Source: Candidatus Limimorpha sp. (GTDB taxonomy: Bacteria; Bacteroidota; Bacteroidia; Bacteroidales; F082). From it: 38,178 nt of DNA. The stretch spans positions 1 to 38,178 of the forward strand of contig JBGYWU010000032.1 in the NCBI GenBank assembly GCA_041842265.1. The letters are read 5' to 3'. The notes beneath the pieces were generated by a model, which was given only the letters and a program-made list of their open reading frames with translations, had not been told where the DNA came from and made no database searches. Numbering within the stretch: position 1 is the stretch's first letter; every line of letters begins with the position of its first letter. Shown here piece after piece: positions 1 through 8,053 of the stretch. The position numbers and the translations under genes were made by a program.

Positions 1-2
1 TC

Positions 3-665
3 GTGTTCAATAGCAACAGGCAGGTAAATACTACATTGAAACTGCAGAAGATAATGAATACCATCGTTATTTATGCAAAACGGCATGGTGATTTCAAAAC
101 TAATCCTGAGATTAGATTCCAAACAATAAGCAAGGACATTATCTTTAAGAAGATTCAAGATGAAATAGCCTTGGTACTGGCTACAACGGATTCACATCGA
201 AATACCTTGCATGAAAGTCTCTATCTGTTAATATTAGCCAAAGAGTTAGGTTCTGCATATCTGTTCGCACCAGAAGTTATTAATTCGTTTATTGTGAAAA
301 GTGACTTGCAATATAACCTATTCGCATGCATTATTTTGATGTATTACTTTGCTAACCACATGTGTTATGATACACAAAAGACTGTATTGAAAAATGAGAT
401 TTTGAAAAAGTATCGGCTTGTTGCGGAATCGGAGCGTAAACGCAATTCAGAACTCACGATTCTCACGGCGGATATGATGACTTGTCCCTTTGTGGATGAT
501 GCATTTAAGCAAGAGCTCCTTAATTTGATGGGCATTGCTGAGATGAAAGATCAACGAATGATAATGCGCTTTGCGAAGAAACAAAAGTACATTTTCACTC
601 GCTGGACAATGTTTAATTTGAATAAAGAATTACAGGCAAAGATTTCACAGGAGGTATATTCGTAG
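3..665 (+). CDS. hypothetical protein, probably 5'-partial (frame open to the window edge)
   Basis: Only long ORF in the first 700 nt. The track's M is a GTG at the window edge, so the true start is likely upstream. Predicted mostly helical, with no motif I recognise. Lower GC than the rest of the window. Confidence 0.4.
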   Translation: MFNSNRQVNTTLKLQKIMNTIVIYAKRHGDFKTNPEIRFQTISKDIIFKKIQDEIALVLATTDSHRNTLHESLYLLILAKELGSAYLFAPEVINSFIVKSDLQYNLFACIILMYYFANHMCYDTQKTVLKNEILKKYRLVAESERKRNSELTILTADMMTCPFVDDAFKQELLNLMGIAEMKDQRMIMRFAKKQKYIFTRWTMFNLNKELQAKISQEVYS

Positions 666-994
666 CTTCTGTAACAGCTGTTGGTCCAACTACACTTTCA
701 CACACATAACCTTCAAGCTAGCCGAAACGACGCAGGAAGTTGCGTTTTCCAAAATGGTTGGTTAGGATTGTACCAAATGTGAAATCTTGCCTTTTATGAT
801 CATCCATCGTATTTATTGCTGAAAGCGTATGCACACAAAAATAAGTCCCGACAATGAACGAAGAATGGATACTTTATTGCCAAACTCGTATTTCCGATAG
901 GTGTGAACAAAGGTGGCAACAACTCATTCACCGCAACCGTTCACAACGGCTGTAATCGCTTTTTCTTTCGTCGCCAAAAAAGAAAATCACGCAA

Positions 995-1050
995 GAACGC
1001 TCACTTTTCCACGCAAAGTGTTACCTTTGCAACTGAAACAGTGAGCGTTC
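995..1050. repeat. compound inverted repeat (nested hairpin)
   Basis: GAACGCTCACT (995-1005) pairs perfectly with AGTGAGCGTTC (1040-1050). An inner GCAAAG (1013-1018) / CTTTGC (1025-1030) stem lies within, and a TACCTTTG box (1022-1029) overlaps the inner stem's 3' arm. Confidence 0.6.
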
Positions 1051-1170
1051 TTTGGTTATACAAAACGATGAACTTTCAAGCGCACCGCTCATTTCTAAAT
1101 CGTTACCTATACAACCTGTATTTTGTTGCAGAGCCTTATACTTTAGGCACTTAGCTAGAAATTTTATTTT

Positions 1171-1530
1171 TTAGGGACAGTCAAGCGGACTCCATGCCAT
1201 TTCAGCCATTGAGAAATTGTTTGGCGTTTCAGGCTGGTTCTTGTCCCAAACGATAATACCCTTGTTGTACTCACTTCTTGTCCAGAGCTGCCCAAAACAA
1301 TTCCCGCCTCAAAATATTTGATTCTTCTACACACGGAACACTTCGTTAAAATACGCCTCATTCGGTTTGTTATCCCACTGGCTGTATTCGTCTTTGTTGA
1401 ATTAATGGTCGCCACCTCGCGGGGTTTTGTTCAAAATCCCATAAGGCGGGTCAACAATCGCCAAATCGAAGTACTTATCGGGATACCTCGACATCAATTG
1501 CATGTTGTCTTCTCGTGCAATGGTAATCAT
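1171..1530 (-). pseudogene. N6-adenine/N4-cytosine DNA methyltransferase remnant (DPPY class), disrupted
   Basis: Minus-strand translation from ATG 1530 gives MITIAREDNMQLMSRYPDKYFDLAIVDPPYGI (DPPY codons 1441-1452), then a stop at 1402. Family-like segments continue in other frames (FNKDEYSQWDNKPNEAYFNEVFRV*, then GGNCFGQ...GIIVWDKNQPETPNNFSMAEMAWS). The C-terminal AdoMet-binding half is missing. Confidence 0.6.
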
Positions 1531-1563
1531 ATTGTTGCCGGTGCAAATATTGAGATGGTCATG

Positions 1564-1997
1564 TCAGAAATGTTTGGCTTTGAAAAAATTCGGCACATTC
1601 TCAACCAGCACAAAGTCAGGGTTTTTGATGAAATAAAATCTATAATATTGAAAACAAGAAAGTTGCGATCTTCTTTCAGCATCTGCTGGGTGTTGCGGTT
1701 CTTGCCTGCAACACTCATCCCCTAGCAAGGAGGCGAAGCAATTAAAAAGTCCAATTTTTCAGGCGAGGCATCAACAAAAGCCTTAAACACAGCATCATCT
1801 GAAATATCACCGCAAATCATTTTTGAATTTGGATATTGAGCCCGATACAATTCCGCTCTTTCTGGCAACAATTCATTGGCAGCAACAATATCAATGCCCA
1901 CATCGGAAAAATACTGTTCGGCCAAACCGGCGCTTGAAAACATGGAAGCGCCCGTAAAACGGCAATATTTATTCGATTCAGGCATTTCTACTTGCAT
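1564..1997 (-). pseudogene. DNA cytosine-5 methyltransferase remnant (motifs I-VI only), in-frame TAG plus frameshift
   Basis: N-terminus carries FSSAGLAE (motif I-like), ICGDI and DFLIASPPC. TAG (1722-1724) then sits where the PPCQ Gln is expected, followed by GMSVAGKNR...DRNFLVF. The PDFVLVENVPNF motif (ENV codons 1594-1602) lies in a different frame. The target-recognition and C-terminal motifs are absent. Confidence 0.7.
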
Positions 1998-2187
1998 TTT
2001 GTAGCTTCAAATACTCCGCTTATTATTTCCCAATGGCAAAAATAATGATATATTTTATTCTGTCAGCATTTGCCGACAATAAATTATCAACATTTTGCGC
2101 ACTGCCAAAGTTGGCCCTATAGAGACTCTCCAAACAAATGGACAAATACAGTTTGAAAGGCACAACAAGTATTCTACACGAAATCCC

Positions 2188-4710
2188 TCAAAACTCCATC
2201 ACCAACTTCACGTTGACATAGCGCGGTGTCAAGTAATTCGGCGCGCCATAATAGTTGTTGTCGATATATTTCACCCAAGTATAAGAAATCACGTTGGGGA
2301 TATCGAGCAAGTTGAATACGTCCAAGCTTACAAACATGTTCTTCACAAAACGCATCGGGTTGCCCTTGCTGAAGCTGGACGCCTCGCTGATGAGTTGCTT
2401 GCTGAATCCGATGTCAACACGGCGGTAGGCCGGATAGCGCCTCGAAGTGGAATAAAAGTCAGAATTGTTGTCGCTGATGGGCAAGCCCATACCGAAGGTC
2501 AGCGTCATGCTGACACGCCAACTCGGGGCATAGGGAATGTAGTCTTGGAAGAACAATGAAAAGTTGACCAACTGGTTGGATGGACGGTAATGCCAGCCCA
2601 GGGCAACAGTATCAGCTACTTGGGCATCGGTATGGTTGTAGAAAGGGAGTCGTTTCCCTTCAGCATCCGCCAAATAATAATCGCCACGGATGTCCTCTCT
2701 TGCACGCATGAAGGAAAGGCTTGCCCAGCTGTCGATTCCCTTCACGAACTCTCCATTCACTTTGAAATCGAGGCCTGTAGTGAAGGCACGAGCCGACTGG
2801 TCGGCATAATAGCGAATGCGCACATTGTCGATGTCGTAGGGGATGACGTGCGTGAAATACTTGAAATAAGCTTCTGAGGTGAGGATGAAAGGCCGATTGA
2901 AGGCTCGAAACTTGAAATCGTTGCCTGCCACAATCTGATAGGATTGTTGGGCCTTTGCTTCTTTGAAGAGGTTGCCGTTACGGTTGCGGAGTTCACGATA
3001 GAACGGTGTTTGGTTGTAAACACCGCCAGAGAGGCGATAGACGATTTCATTTTTATCATTCTCCGGCTTATAAGCAAGACCCGCCCTTGGGCTGACATAG
3101 ACCTTATTGTTATAGCCCCAATAATTGGCCCTCAAGCCGCCTGTGATGACAAACTTGCCTTTGTCTGCGTAGGGGAACGTCCAAGAGTTCTGGACAAAAC
3201 CATCTACATTGTTGACAGAAAGTGGGTTATGCGACTTATGCACAAAGTCCATCCCGATTTCAGGCAACACATCGGGGTAACCGCCAATCACATCGGGCAC
3301 ATGGGGCAGGCTGTAACCGGCCGAGTCCATCATCTGCCATTCGTCCACCACATCGTCGATGTCCTGATGCTGGATGCGGAGGCCCCATTTCAGCAGGCTG
3401 TTGTCGAAGGCGTAGAGTCCTTTATGGTCAAAGTTGTAGACTTGGGCATAAAAGCCGTTTCGGGCATGTTTGGTGAGGGTTCCCACCTCATGGTTTTCAA
3501 TCACCTCGCCAAAATCATCGGAGCCAAAAGAGGAATTGCGGATACCGAAGAAATACTGTTCCCGGATGTCGAAAGACTCAGTCTCGTATGTCGAGTATGC
3601 CGAAGCGATCCATTTTAGGTTCAAATCCTTATTGGGTTGATACGACAAGGTCAAAGCGCCAAGTCCAGTGGTATAGTCGTCAATTTCCTGACCGTCGAAA
3701 TGCACATTCAATTGCAACGGCATTTCGATTGAGCCGAAGTTGATTTTCGCATTTTGCGGAACCAACATGTATCTGTTTCTGGAGTAATAGCCCAAAAAGG
3801 ACAGTGACCATTTCTCATTGAAATGATAGTTGAACAAGGCTTGGGCATCGGAGAAATTGGGCTTGTAGTTGCCCTTGGTGTTCATCATGCCTAAGGCAAG
3901 GGCCGTGTTTTTGTAGCGTGCGCCCACCAAGTAACTGAATTTTCCGTTTTTCGCCGCGCCTTCCACATGGGCTTCGGCGCCCAACAGGCTCAGGGTCAGC
4001 GAACCTCCCTGCTCTTTTGGAGTTTTGTAGGTTACGTCGAGCACTGACGACATCTTGTCGCCATACTCAGCCGCAAAGCCTCCTGCCGAAAACTCGATAT
4101 TATTGACCAACTGCGAGTTGACAAAGCTCAAGCCTTCCTGCTGGCCTGAAGCTACGAGAAAAGGCCGGTATATCTCAATACCATTGACATAGATCAGGTT
4201 CTCGTCAAAGTTGCCACCCCTTACACGATACTGAGAGCTTAGCTCATTGTTCGACACCACGCCCGGCAAGGTTTTGATAAGGGTCTCCACACCTCCACCC
4301 ATAGAAGGAAGCATGGTGGCCTGCTTGGCGTCCAAGCGGGTCAAACTTGCGGCTTCAGTGCCTCTATCGCTGATGACGGCATCGGGCAGCATGGTAGCAG
4401 TGGCCTGCAGCATCATGTCGAGTTTCCGTTTCTCGCCTTTTTTCAGTCTCACAGTCACCTGTTTCTGTTCATAACCGACAAACGAAAAATGAATGGTCCA
4501 AGTGGAATCCGACAGCAGCGGAAGCTCATAGTATCCTCTCGAATTGGTCGTGTAGCCCACCAGCAGGTCAGGAACCACAACATTGGCCATCTCAATAGGA
4601 TGTCCTTGCTCATCTATCACCTTGCCGTAGACCATGGCGGTCGGCAACTGTTGTGCTGAGGAAAAAAAGGAGAAAAACAACAATGCTATGAGAATGAACT
4701 TTGCTCGCAT
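2188..4710 (-). CDS. TonB-dependent outer-membrane receptor with N-terminal carboxypeptidase-regulatory-like domain
   Basis: Start at ATG 4710 gives the signal peptide MRAKFILIALLFFSFFSSAQQ, then a CarboxypepD_reg-like segment (VYGKVIDEQGHPIEMANVVV), a plug region and a long beta-barrel ending in a C-terminal aromatic residue (KLVMEF). The extra 36 upstream codons of the tracked ORF overlap the rpmB terminator. Confidence 0.9.
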   Translation of the reverse strand: MRAKFILIALLFFSFFSSAQQLPTAMVYGKVIDEQGHPIEMANVVVPDLLVGYTTNSRGYYELPLLSDSTWTIHFSFVGYEQKQVTVRLKKGEKRKLDMMLQATATMLPDAVISDRGTEAASLTRLDAKQATMLPSMGGGVETLIKTLPGVVSNNELSSQYRVRGGNFDENLIYVNGIEIYRPFLVASGQQEGLSFVNSQLVNNIEFSAGGFAAEYGDKMSSVLDVTYKTPKEQGGSLTLSLLGAEAHVEGAAKNGKFSYLVGARYKNTALALGMMNTKGNYKPNFSDAQALFNYHFNEKWSLSFLGYYSRNRYMLVPQNAKINFGSIEMPLQLNVHFDGQEIDDYTTGLGALTLSYQPNKDLNLKWIASAYSTYETESFDIREQYFFGIRNSSFGSDDFGEVIENHEVGTLTKHARNGFYAQVYNFDHKGLYAFDNSLLKWGLRIQHQDIDDVVDEWQMMDSAGYSLPHVPDVIGGYPDVLPEIGMDFVHKSHNPLSVNNVDGFVQNSWTFPYADKGKFVITGGLRANYWGYNNKVYVSPRAGLAYKPENDKNEIVYRLSGGVYNQTPFYRELRNRNGNLFKEAKAQQSYQIVAGNDFKFRAFNRPFILTSEAYFKYFTHVIPYDIDNVRIRYYADQSARAFTTGLDFKVNGEFVKGIDSWASLSFMRAREDIRGDYYLADAEGKRLPFYNHTDAQVADTVALGWHYRPSNQLVNFSLFFQDYIPYAPSWRVSMTLTFGMGLPISDNNSDFYSTSRRYPAYRRVDIGFSKQLISEASSFSKGNPMRFVKNMFVSLDVFNLLDIPNVISYTWVKYIDNNYYGAPNYLTPRYVNVKLVMEF

Positions 4711-4771
4711 GAATGGATAACTGAAAATGTCGCAAAATATTATCCATCCGGAAAGGGGATGGCAACTATTC

Positions 4772-4803
4772 AAAAAAAAAGCCGCTGCGCAATGCACAGC
4801 AGC
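4772..4803 (-). terminator. rho-independent terminator of rpmB
   Basis: On the minus strand, GCTGCTGTG-CATTG-CGCAGCGGC forms a 9-bp stem with 2 G-U pairs, followed by a run of nine T. Confidence 0.75.
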
Positions 4804-4830
4804 TTTGATATGATTCACATTGGCAATGAG

Positions 4831-5073
4831 TTACCAACGTTCGAGGTTACCCTTTTGGGAAGCATCCAAGATAGCCTGATATACGCCTTTCTTGTCGATG
4901 GTGCGCAAGCCGGCGGCAGAAACCTTCAGCACAACCCATTCATCCCATTCCGGAACATAAAATTTCTTGATTCTCAAATTCGGTTCAAACGTTCTCTTGG
5001 TCTTCTTATTGGAGTGAGAAACATTGTGGCCGTGCATGACTTTTTTTCCTGTAATTTGACAAACTTTTGACAT
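4831..5073 (-). CDS. rpmB: 50S ribosomal protein bL28
   Basis: 80 aa beginning [33 protein letters not shown], the bL28 signature. Confidence 0.95.
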   Translation of the reverse strand: MSKVCQITGKKVMHGHNVSHSNKKTKRTFEPNLRIKKFYVPEWDEWVVLKVSAAGLRTIDKKGVYQAILDASQKGNLERW

Positions 5074-5120
5074 GACTCTTTATCCTTTATGATTTACACT
5101 TGTCTTTTTTTAACGGACTG

Positions 5121-5128
5121 CAAAAGTA
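5121..5128 (-). promoter_or_regulatory. Bacteroidota -7 promoter box (TACTTTTG) upstream of rpmB
   Basis: TAnnTTTG match on the minus strand, 48 nt upstream of the rpmB ATG. Confidence 0.5.
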
Positions 5129-5213
5129 CGCATTTTTTCGTTTCAAAAATCGATTCCGCAAAAAATGTAACAAAAAAACGCAAATTACACAATTTCTCAC
5201 CCTTCTGAATCCT

Positions 5214-6122
5214 TCAGCCCTTCATATTGACCTCCATTTGTGGGAAAGGAATATTCAGTCCCTCTTGTTCGAAGGTCTTGTATACTTTTTCGTTCATGCT
5301 GAAAAACACCATCCAATAATCCATAGAGTTGACCCATGCCCGGACAGTGATGTCGACCGAGCTGGAGTTGAGTTTGCCTAATGCGATAAAAGGCTCGGGT
5401 GTTTTTAGGATGCGTTGGTCATCATCGCAGAACCCTCTCAAGATGGCTTTTGCCTTATCGTAGTTGTCGCCGTAGGAGATGGAGAACACCCATTCGACAC
5501 GGCGCGTTTTCTGCTTCGAGTAGTTGGTCATAACTCCTGTGGCGAGAGCGCCGTTGGGCAGTATGACCTCCTTATTGTCGGATGTTAGCAGGTGTGTGTT
5601 GAAGATTTGTATTTCGTTCACAATGCCATCCATACCTTGTGCGGAAATAAAGTCTCCTATCTTAAACGGCCTGAAAATCACAATCAGCACGCCGCCGGCG
5701 AAATTTTGCAACGTACCGCCCAACGACATGCCCACGGCCAGTCCCACCGAGGCCAGCAACGCCACCAGAGAGGAGGTGTTGACACCCAAAATGCCAATAA
5801 CAGCAATTATCAATAGAAAATAGAGCAACACCGAGACCAAGTTCGACAAGAAACTGCCCAAGGTGGCATCACCACGACGGCTCAACGGCCTCTTGGACAT
5901 CCACTTCTTGACCAGCTTGATGGCCCAAAGTCCCAAAAGCAATACCAGTATGGCGACAACAAGCTTGAAACCAAATGGAATAACATATTCGTTTATCAAA
6001 TAAGGGAGCCTCTCAGATACAGGCGAATTGGTCAGCATTTTCACGCGGTCCGCCAAATCGGCGACCGCTGCGGTATCCTGTACGGCTTCTGATACTTGCG
6101 CAACAAGGATGTCATTTTCCAT
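5214..6122 (-). CDS. mechanosensitive ion channel, MscS family
   Basis: Start moved to ATG 6122 (MENDILV). TM helices are followed by an MscS beta-domain pattern (GGVLIVIFRPFKIGDFI...IVNEIQIFNTHLLTSDNKEVILPNG). Confidence 0.85.
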   Translation of the reverse strand: MENDILVAQVSEAVQDTAAVADLADRVKMLTNSPVSERLPYLINEYVIPFGFKLVVAILVLLLGLWAIKLVKKWMSKRPLSRRGDATLGSFLSNLVSVLLYFLLIIAVIGILGVNTSSLVALLASVGLAVGMSLGGTLQNFAGGVLIVIFRPFKIGDFISAQGMDGIVNEIQIFNTHLLTSDNKEVILPNGALATGVMTNYSKQKTRRVEWVFSISYGDNYDKAKAILRGFCDDDQRILKTPEPFIALGKLNSSSVDITVRAWVNSMDYWMVFFSMNEKVYKTFEQEGLNIPFPQMEVNMKG

Positions 6123-6143
6123 ATTTCCGAAAGATTTTGCATG

Positions 6144-6151
6144 CAAAGGTA
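6144..6151 (-). promoter_or_regulatory. -7 promoter box (TACCTTTG) upstream of the MscS gene
   Basis: TAnnTTTG match on the minus strand, 21 nt upstream of ATG 6122. Confidence 0.45.
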
Positions 6152-6195
6152 CGGATAATTCATTATTTTTGTAATTTCGCAGCAAAAATACCAAG

Positions 6196-6792
6196 ATGGG
6201 CATTGGTGACATCAAGACCTATTTTAAAAATCCCAATAACCAAAACACTGTAAACGTGCTATTGTTTATCGTGTTGATCATTGGTTTCCATTTCATCTAT
6301 CTGGGTTGGCAGGCTTTGGGGTATTGGCCCGTCGGGAAATGGATTGGAATGCTGATGCTATGGTCGGTAGACAGGGTATTCGGCCAAACCTGCTGGGTGC
6401 TTGAGCACCTCTTCCGCATCGATATCACCACAATAAGCAACGTGCGAACTATTGCCACGCCCAACAGTGCGGGAGGATGGGCGGGTGTTACGATTGCCCC
6501 TGAATGCGCAAGCATGAAGCAATGGACACACTGGCTCTTCCTGATGATCCTCTTCCCCGGCCCATGGAAGCACAAGCTATGGTACATCCCTGCCGGTCTG
6601 GTCATCATAGAGTGGACCAATGTGGTGCGCATTTGTGGCGTGCTGTTGATGCAGATTCCGTGGCCCAACAGCTTCCAGCTTGCCCACAATTACATCTTTA
6701 AGGTGTTCTTTTACCTCATCATCTTCCTAATGTGGGTGCTTTGGGTGGAGAAATTCTACAACCCGTCAAAAAAACACAAACAGCATGAATAA
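6196..6792 (+). CDS. polytopic membrane protein, exosortase/archaeosortase-like (tentative)
   Basis: 198 aa with several TM helices. The ordered Cys (APECASMKQW), Arg (NVVRICG) and His (QLAHNY) pattern resembles exosortase-family transpeptidases. Assignment rests on pattern memory only. Confidence 0.5.
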   Translation: MGIGDIKTYFKNPNNQNTVNVLLFIVLIIGFHFIYLGWQALGYWPVGKWIGMLMLWSVDRVFGQTCWVLEHLFRIDITTISNVRTIATPNSAGGWAGVTIAPECASMKQWTHWLFLMILFPGPWKHKLWYIPAGLVIIEWTNVVRICGVLLMQIPWPNSFQLAHNYIFKVFFYLIIFLMWVLWVEKFYNPSKKHKQHE

Positions 6793-7879
6793 CTCGCCTA
6801 TCATTTTCGTCCTCGATGCCGGAGGCTCGGGATTCAAATTCTCAGCCGTGCAAGACAATAATGAAATCATCGAGCCATTTACCATCCCGTCAGAAGCTCC
6901 TTCCCTCGAGAAAGTGCTTCATAAACTTATCGCCGGCTTCCACGAATGCGAGACACGTTGCGGAAACAAGGCAACGGCCATCAGTTTCTGCTTTCCAGGC
7001 CCCGCCGACTATCCGAAAGGAATCATCGGCGACTTACCCAACCTGCCCACTTTCCGCGGTGGCATACCACTAAAACAGATGCTTGAAAACGAGTTTCACG
7101 TGCCCGTCTACATCAACAACGACGGCGACCTCTTTGCCTATGGCGAAGCCCTCAGCGGCCTGCTGCCCAAGATAAACGACACTTTGGAACAGGAAGGCAA
7201 CCCGAAACGCTATAAAAACCTTTTCGGTGTTACCTTAGGCACTGGCTTTGGCGGTGGCATCGTTATTAATAAGGTGTTGCTCAACGGCGACAATTCGGCC
7301 GGTGGGGAGATTTGGTGTTCGCGCAACTGCCTCTACCCCGACACCATCGCCGAAGACAGTGTCAGCATCCGCGCCGTACGCCGAGTGTATGCGCGAGAAT
7401 CGGGCATCTCCTTCGACGAGGCACCACAACCCTACGACATTTTCAAAATCGCCCAAGACGAACAAAAAGGCAACCGAGAGGCTGCGCTGAAAGCATGGGA
7501 CGAGCTAACCACTGTGCTGGCCGATGTGCTTTGCAACGGGCTCCGCTTTATTGACGGCCTTGTAGTCATCGGCGGCGGACTATCAGGTGCCTGGCCCGTG
7601 TTCATGCCCATGCTTATCCGAAAGATGAACAATCCATACAATGTGAATGGAACTGTCATTCCACGCATGGAAACTGTAGCCTATAACTTGATGGATCCCC
7701 AAGACATCAAACGCTTCACTGAAAAATCGGGAAAGATGGTCAAGGTTCCATTCAGCGACCAAGAGATTTGGTACGACCCGACCAAGCGCGTTGGCGTAGG
7801 CGTTACAGCCCTTGGCACCTCATCGGCCGTGGCCGTAGGAGCCTATGCCTTCGCCATGGAACAACTGAGAAAAAGTTGA
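6785..7879 (+). CDS. ROK-family sugar kinase (glucokinase-like)
   Basis: Carries the actin-fold ATP motif LDAGGSGFKFS, plus NDGDLFAYGE and TLGTGFGGGIV motifs. Its ATG overlaps the upstream stop by 8 nt (ATGAATAA). Confidence 0.8.
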   Translation: MNNSPIIFVLDAGGSGFKFSAVQDNNEIIEPFTIPSEAPSLEKVLHKLIAGFHECETRCGNKATAISFCFPGPADYPKGIIGDLPNLPTFRGGIPLKQMLENEFHVPVYINNDGDLFAYGEALSGLLPKINDTLEQEGNPKRYKNLFGVTLGTGFGGGIVINKVLLNGDNSAGGEIWCSRNCLYPDTIAEDSVSIRAVRRVYARESGISFDEAPQPYDIFKIAQDEQKGNREAALKAWDELTTVLADVLCNGLRFIDGLVVIGGGLSGAWPVFMPMLIRKMNNPYNVNGTVIPRMETVAYNLMDPQDIKRFTEKSGKMVKVPFSDQEIWYDPTKRVGVGVTALGTSSAVAVGAYAFAMEQLRKS

Positions 7880-8053
7880 TATTCTTTTGAGCCTCAAAAC
7901 GGAAACTATTATCAACACCTTCTGTTGAAAAATACATGCCGTGAAAAGTCGTTTTTTTAAGGTTGTGTTTTGTTTTCTTTCTTAATTTCGCAAACTGAAC
8001 GAGCATGGAAAAAGTGCTCTCGCTTTGCGTTTAACACATTAAATATCAAAAAA

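Noticed and set aside
903-1154. 83-aa plus-strand ORF (GTG start), and the 1164-1415, 1318-1725 and 1527-1718 ORFs.
   Set aside because: 903-1154 spans the compound hairpin and has no motif. The other three are frame fragments or antisense frames of the methyltransferase remnants and are better described as pseudogene pieces.
4744-4762. 6-bp hairpin CCATCC-GGAAAGG-GGATGG upstream of the TonB receptor start.
   Set aside because: It is short, lacks a T-run and has no recognisable binding-site symmetry beyond the stem. That is insufficient to call a regulatory element.
4711-4818. N-terminal extensions of tracked ORFs. These are TonB receptor 4711-4818, MscS 6123-6215, nrdJ 7970-8053, M23 25485-25571, MTHFS 30701-30733, C1B-2 35287-35334, the lipoprotein 36583-36648 and gldD 19438-19455.
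   Set aside because: In each case an internal ATG is immediately followed by a signal peptide, a lipobox or the conserved N-terminus. The extension overlaps a terminator, a promoter box or the neighbouring gene.
7880-8053. Possible riboswitch, for example cobalamin, in the 174-nt leader upstream of nrdJ.
   Set aside because: I see no B12-box-like sequence and no extended conserved helices, only a 5-bp GAGCA/TGCTC hairpin. Cobalamin riboswitches typically repress B12-independent isozymes or transporters, not the B12-dependent enzyme. An Rfam scan would settle it.
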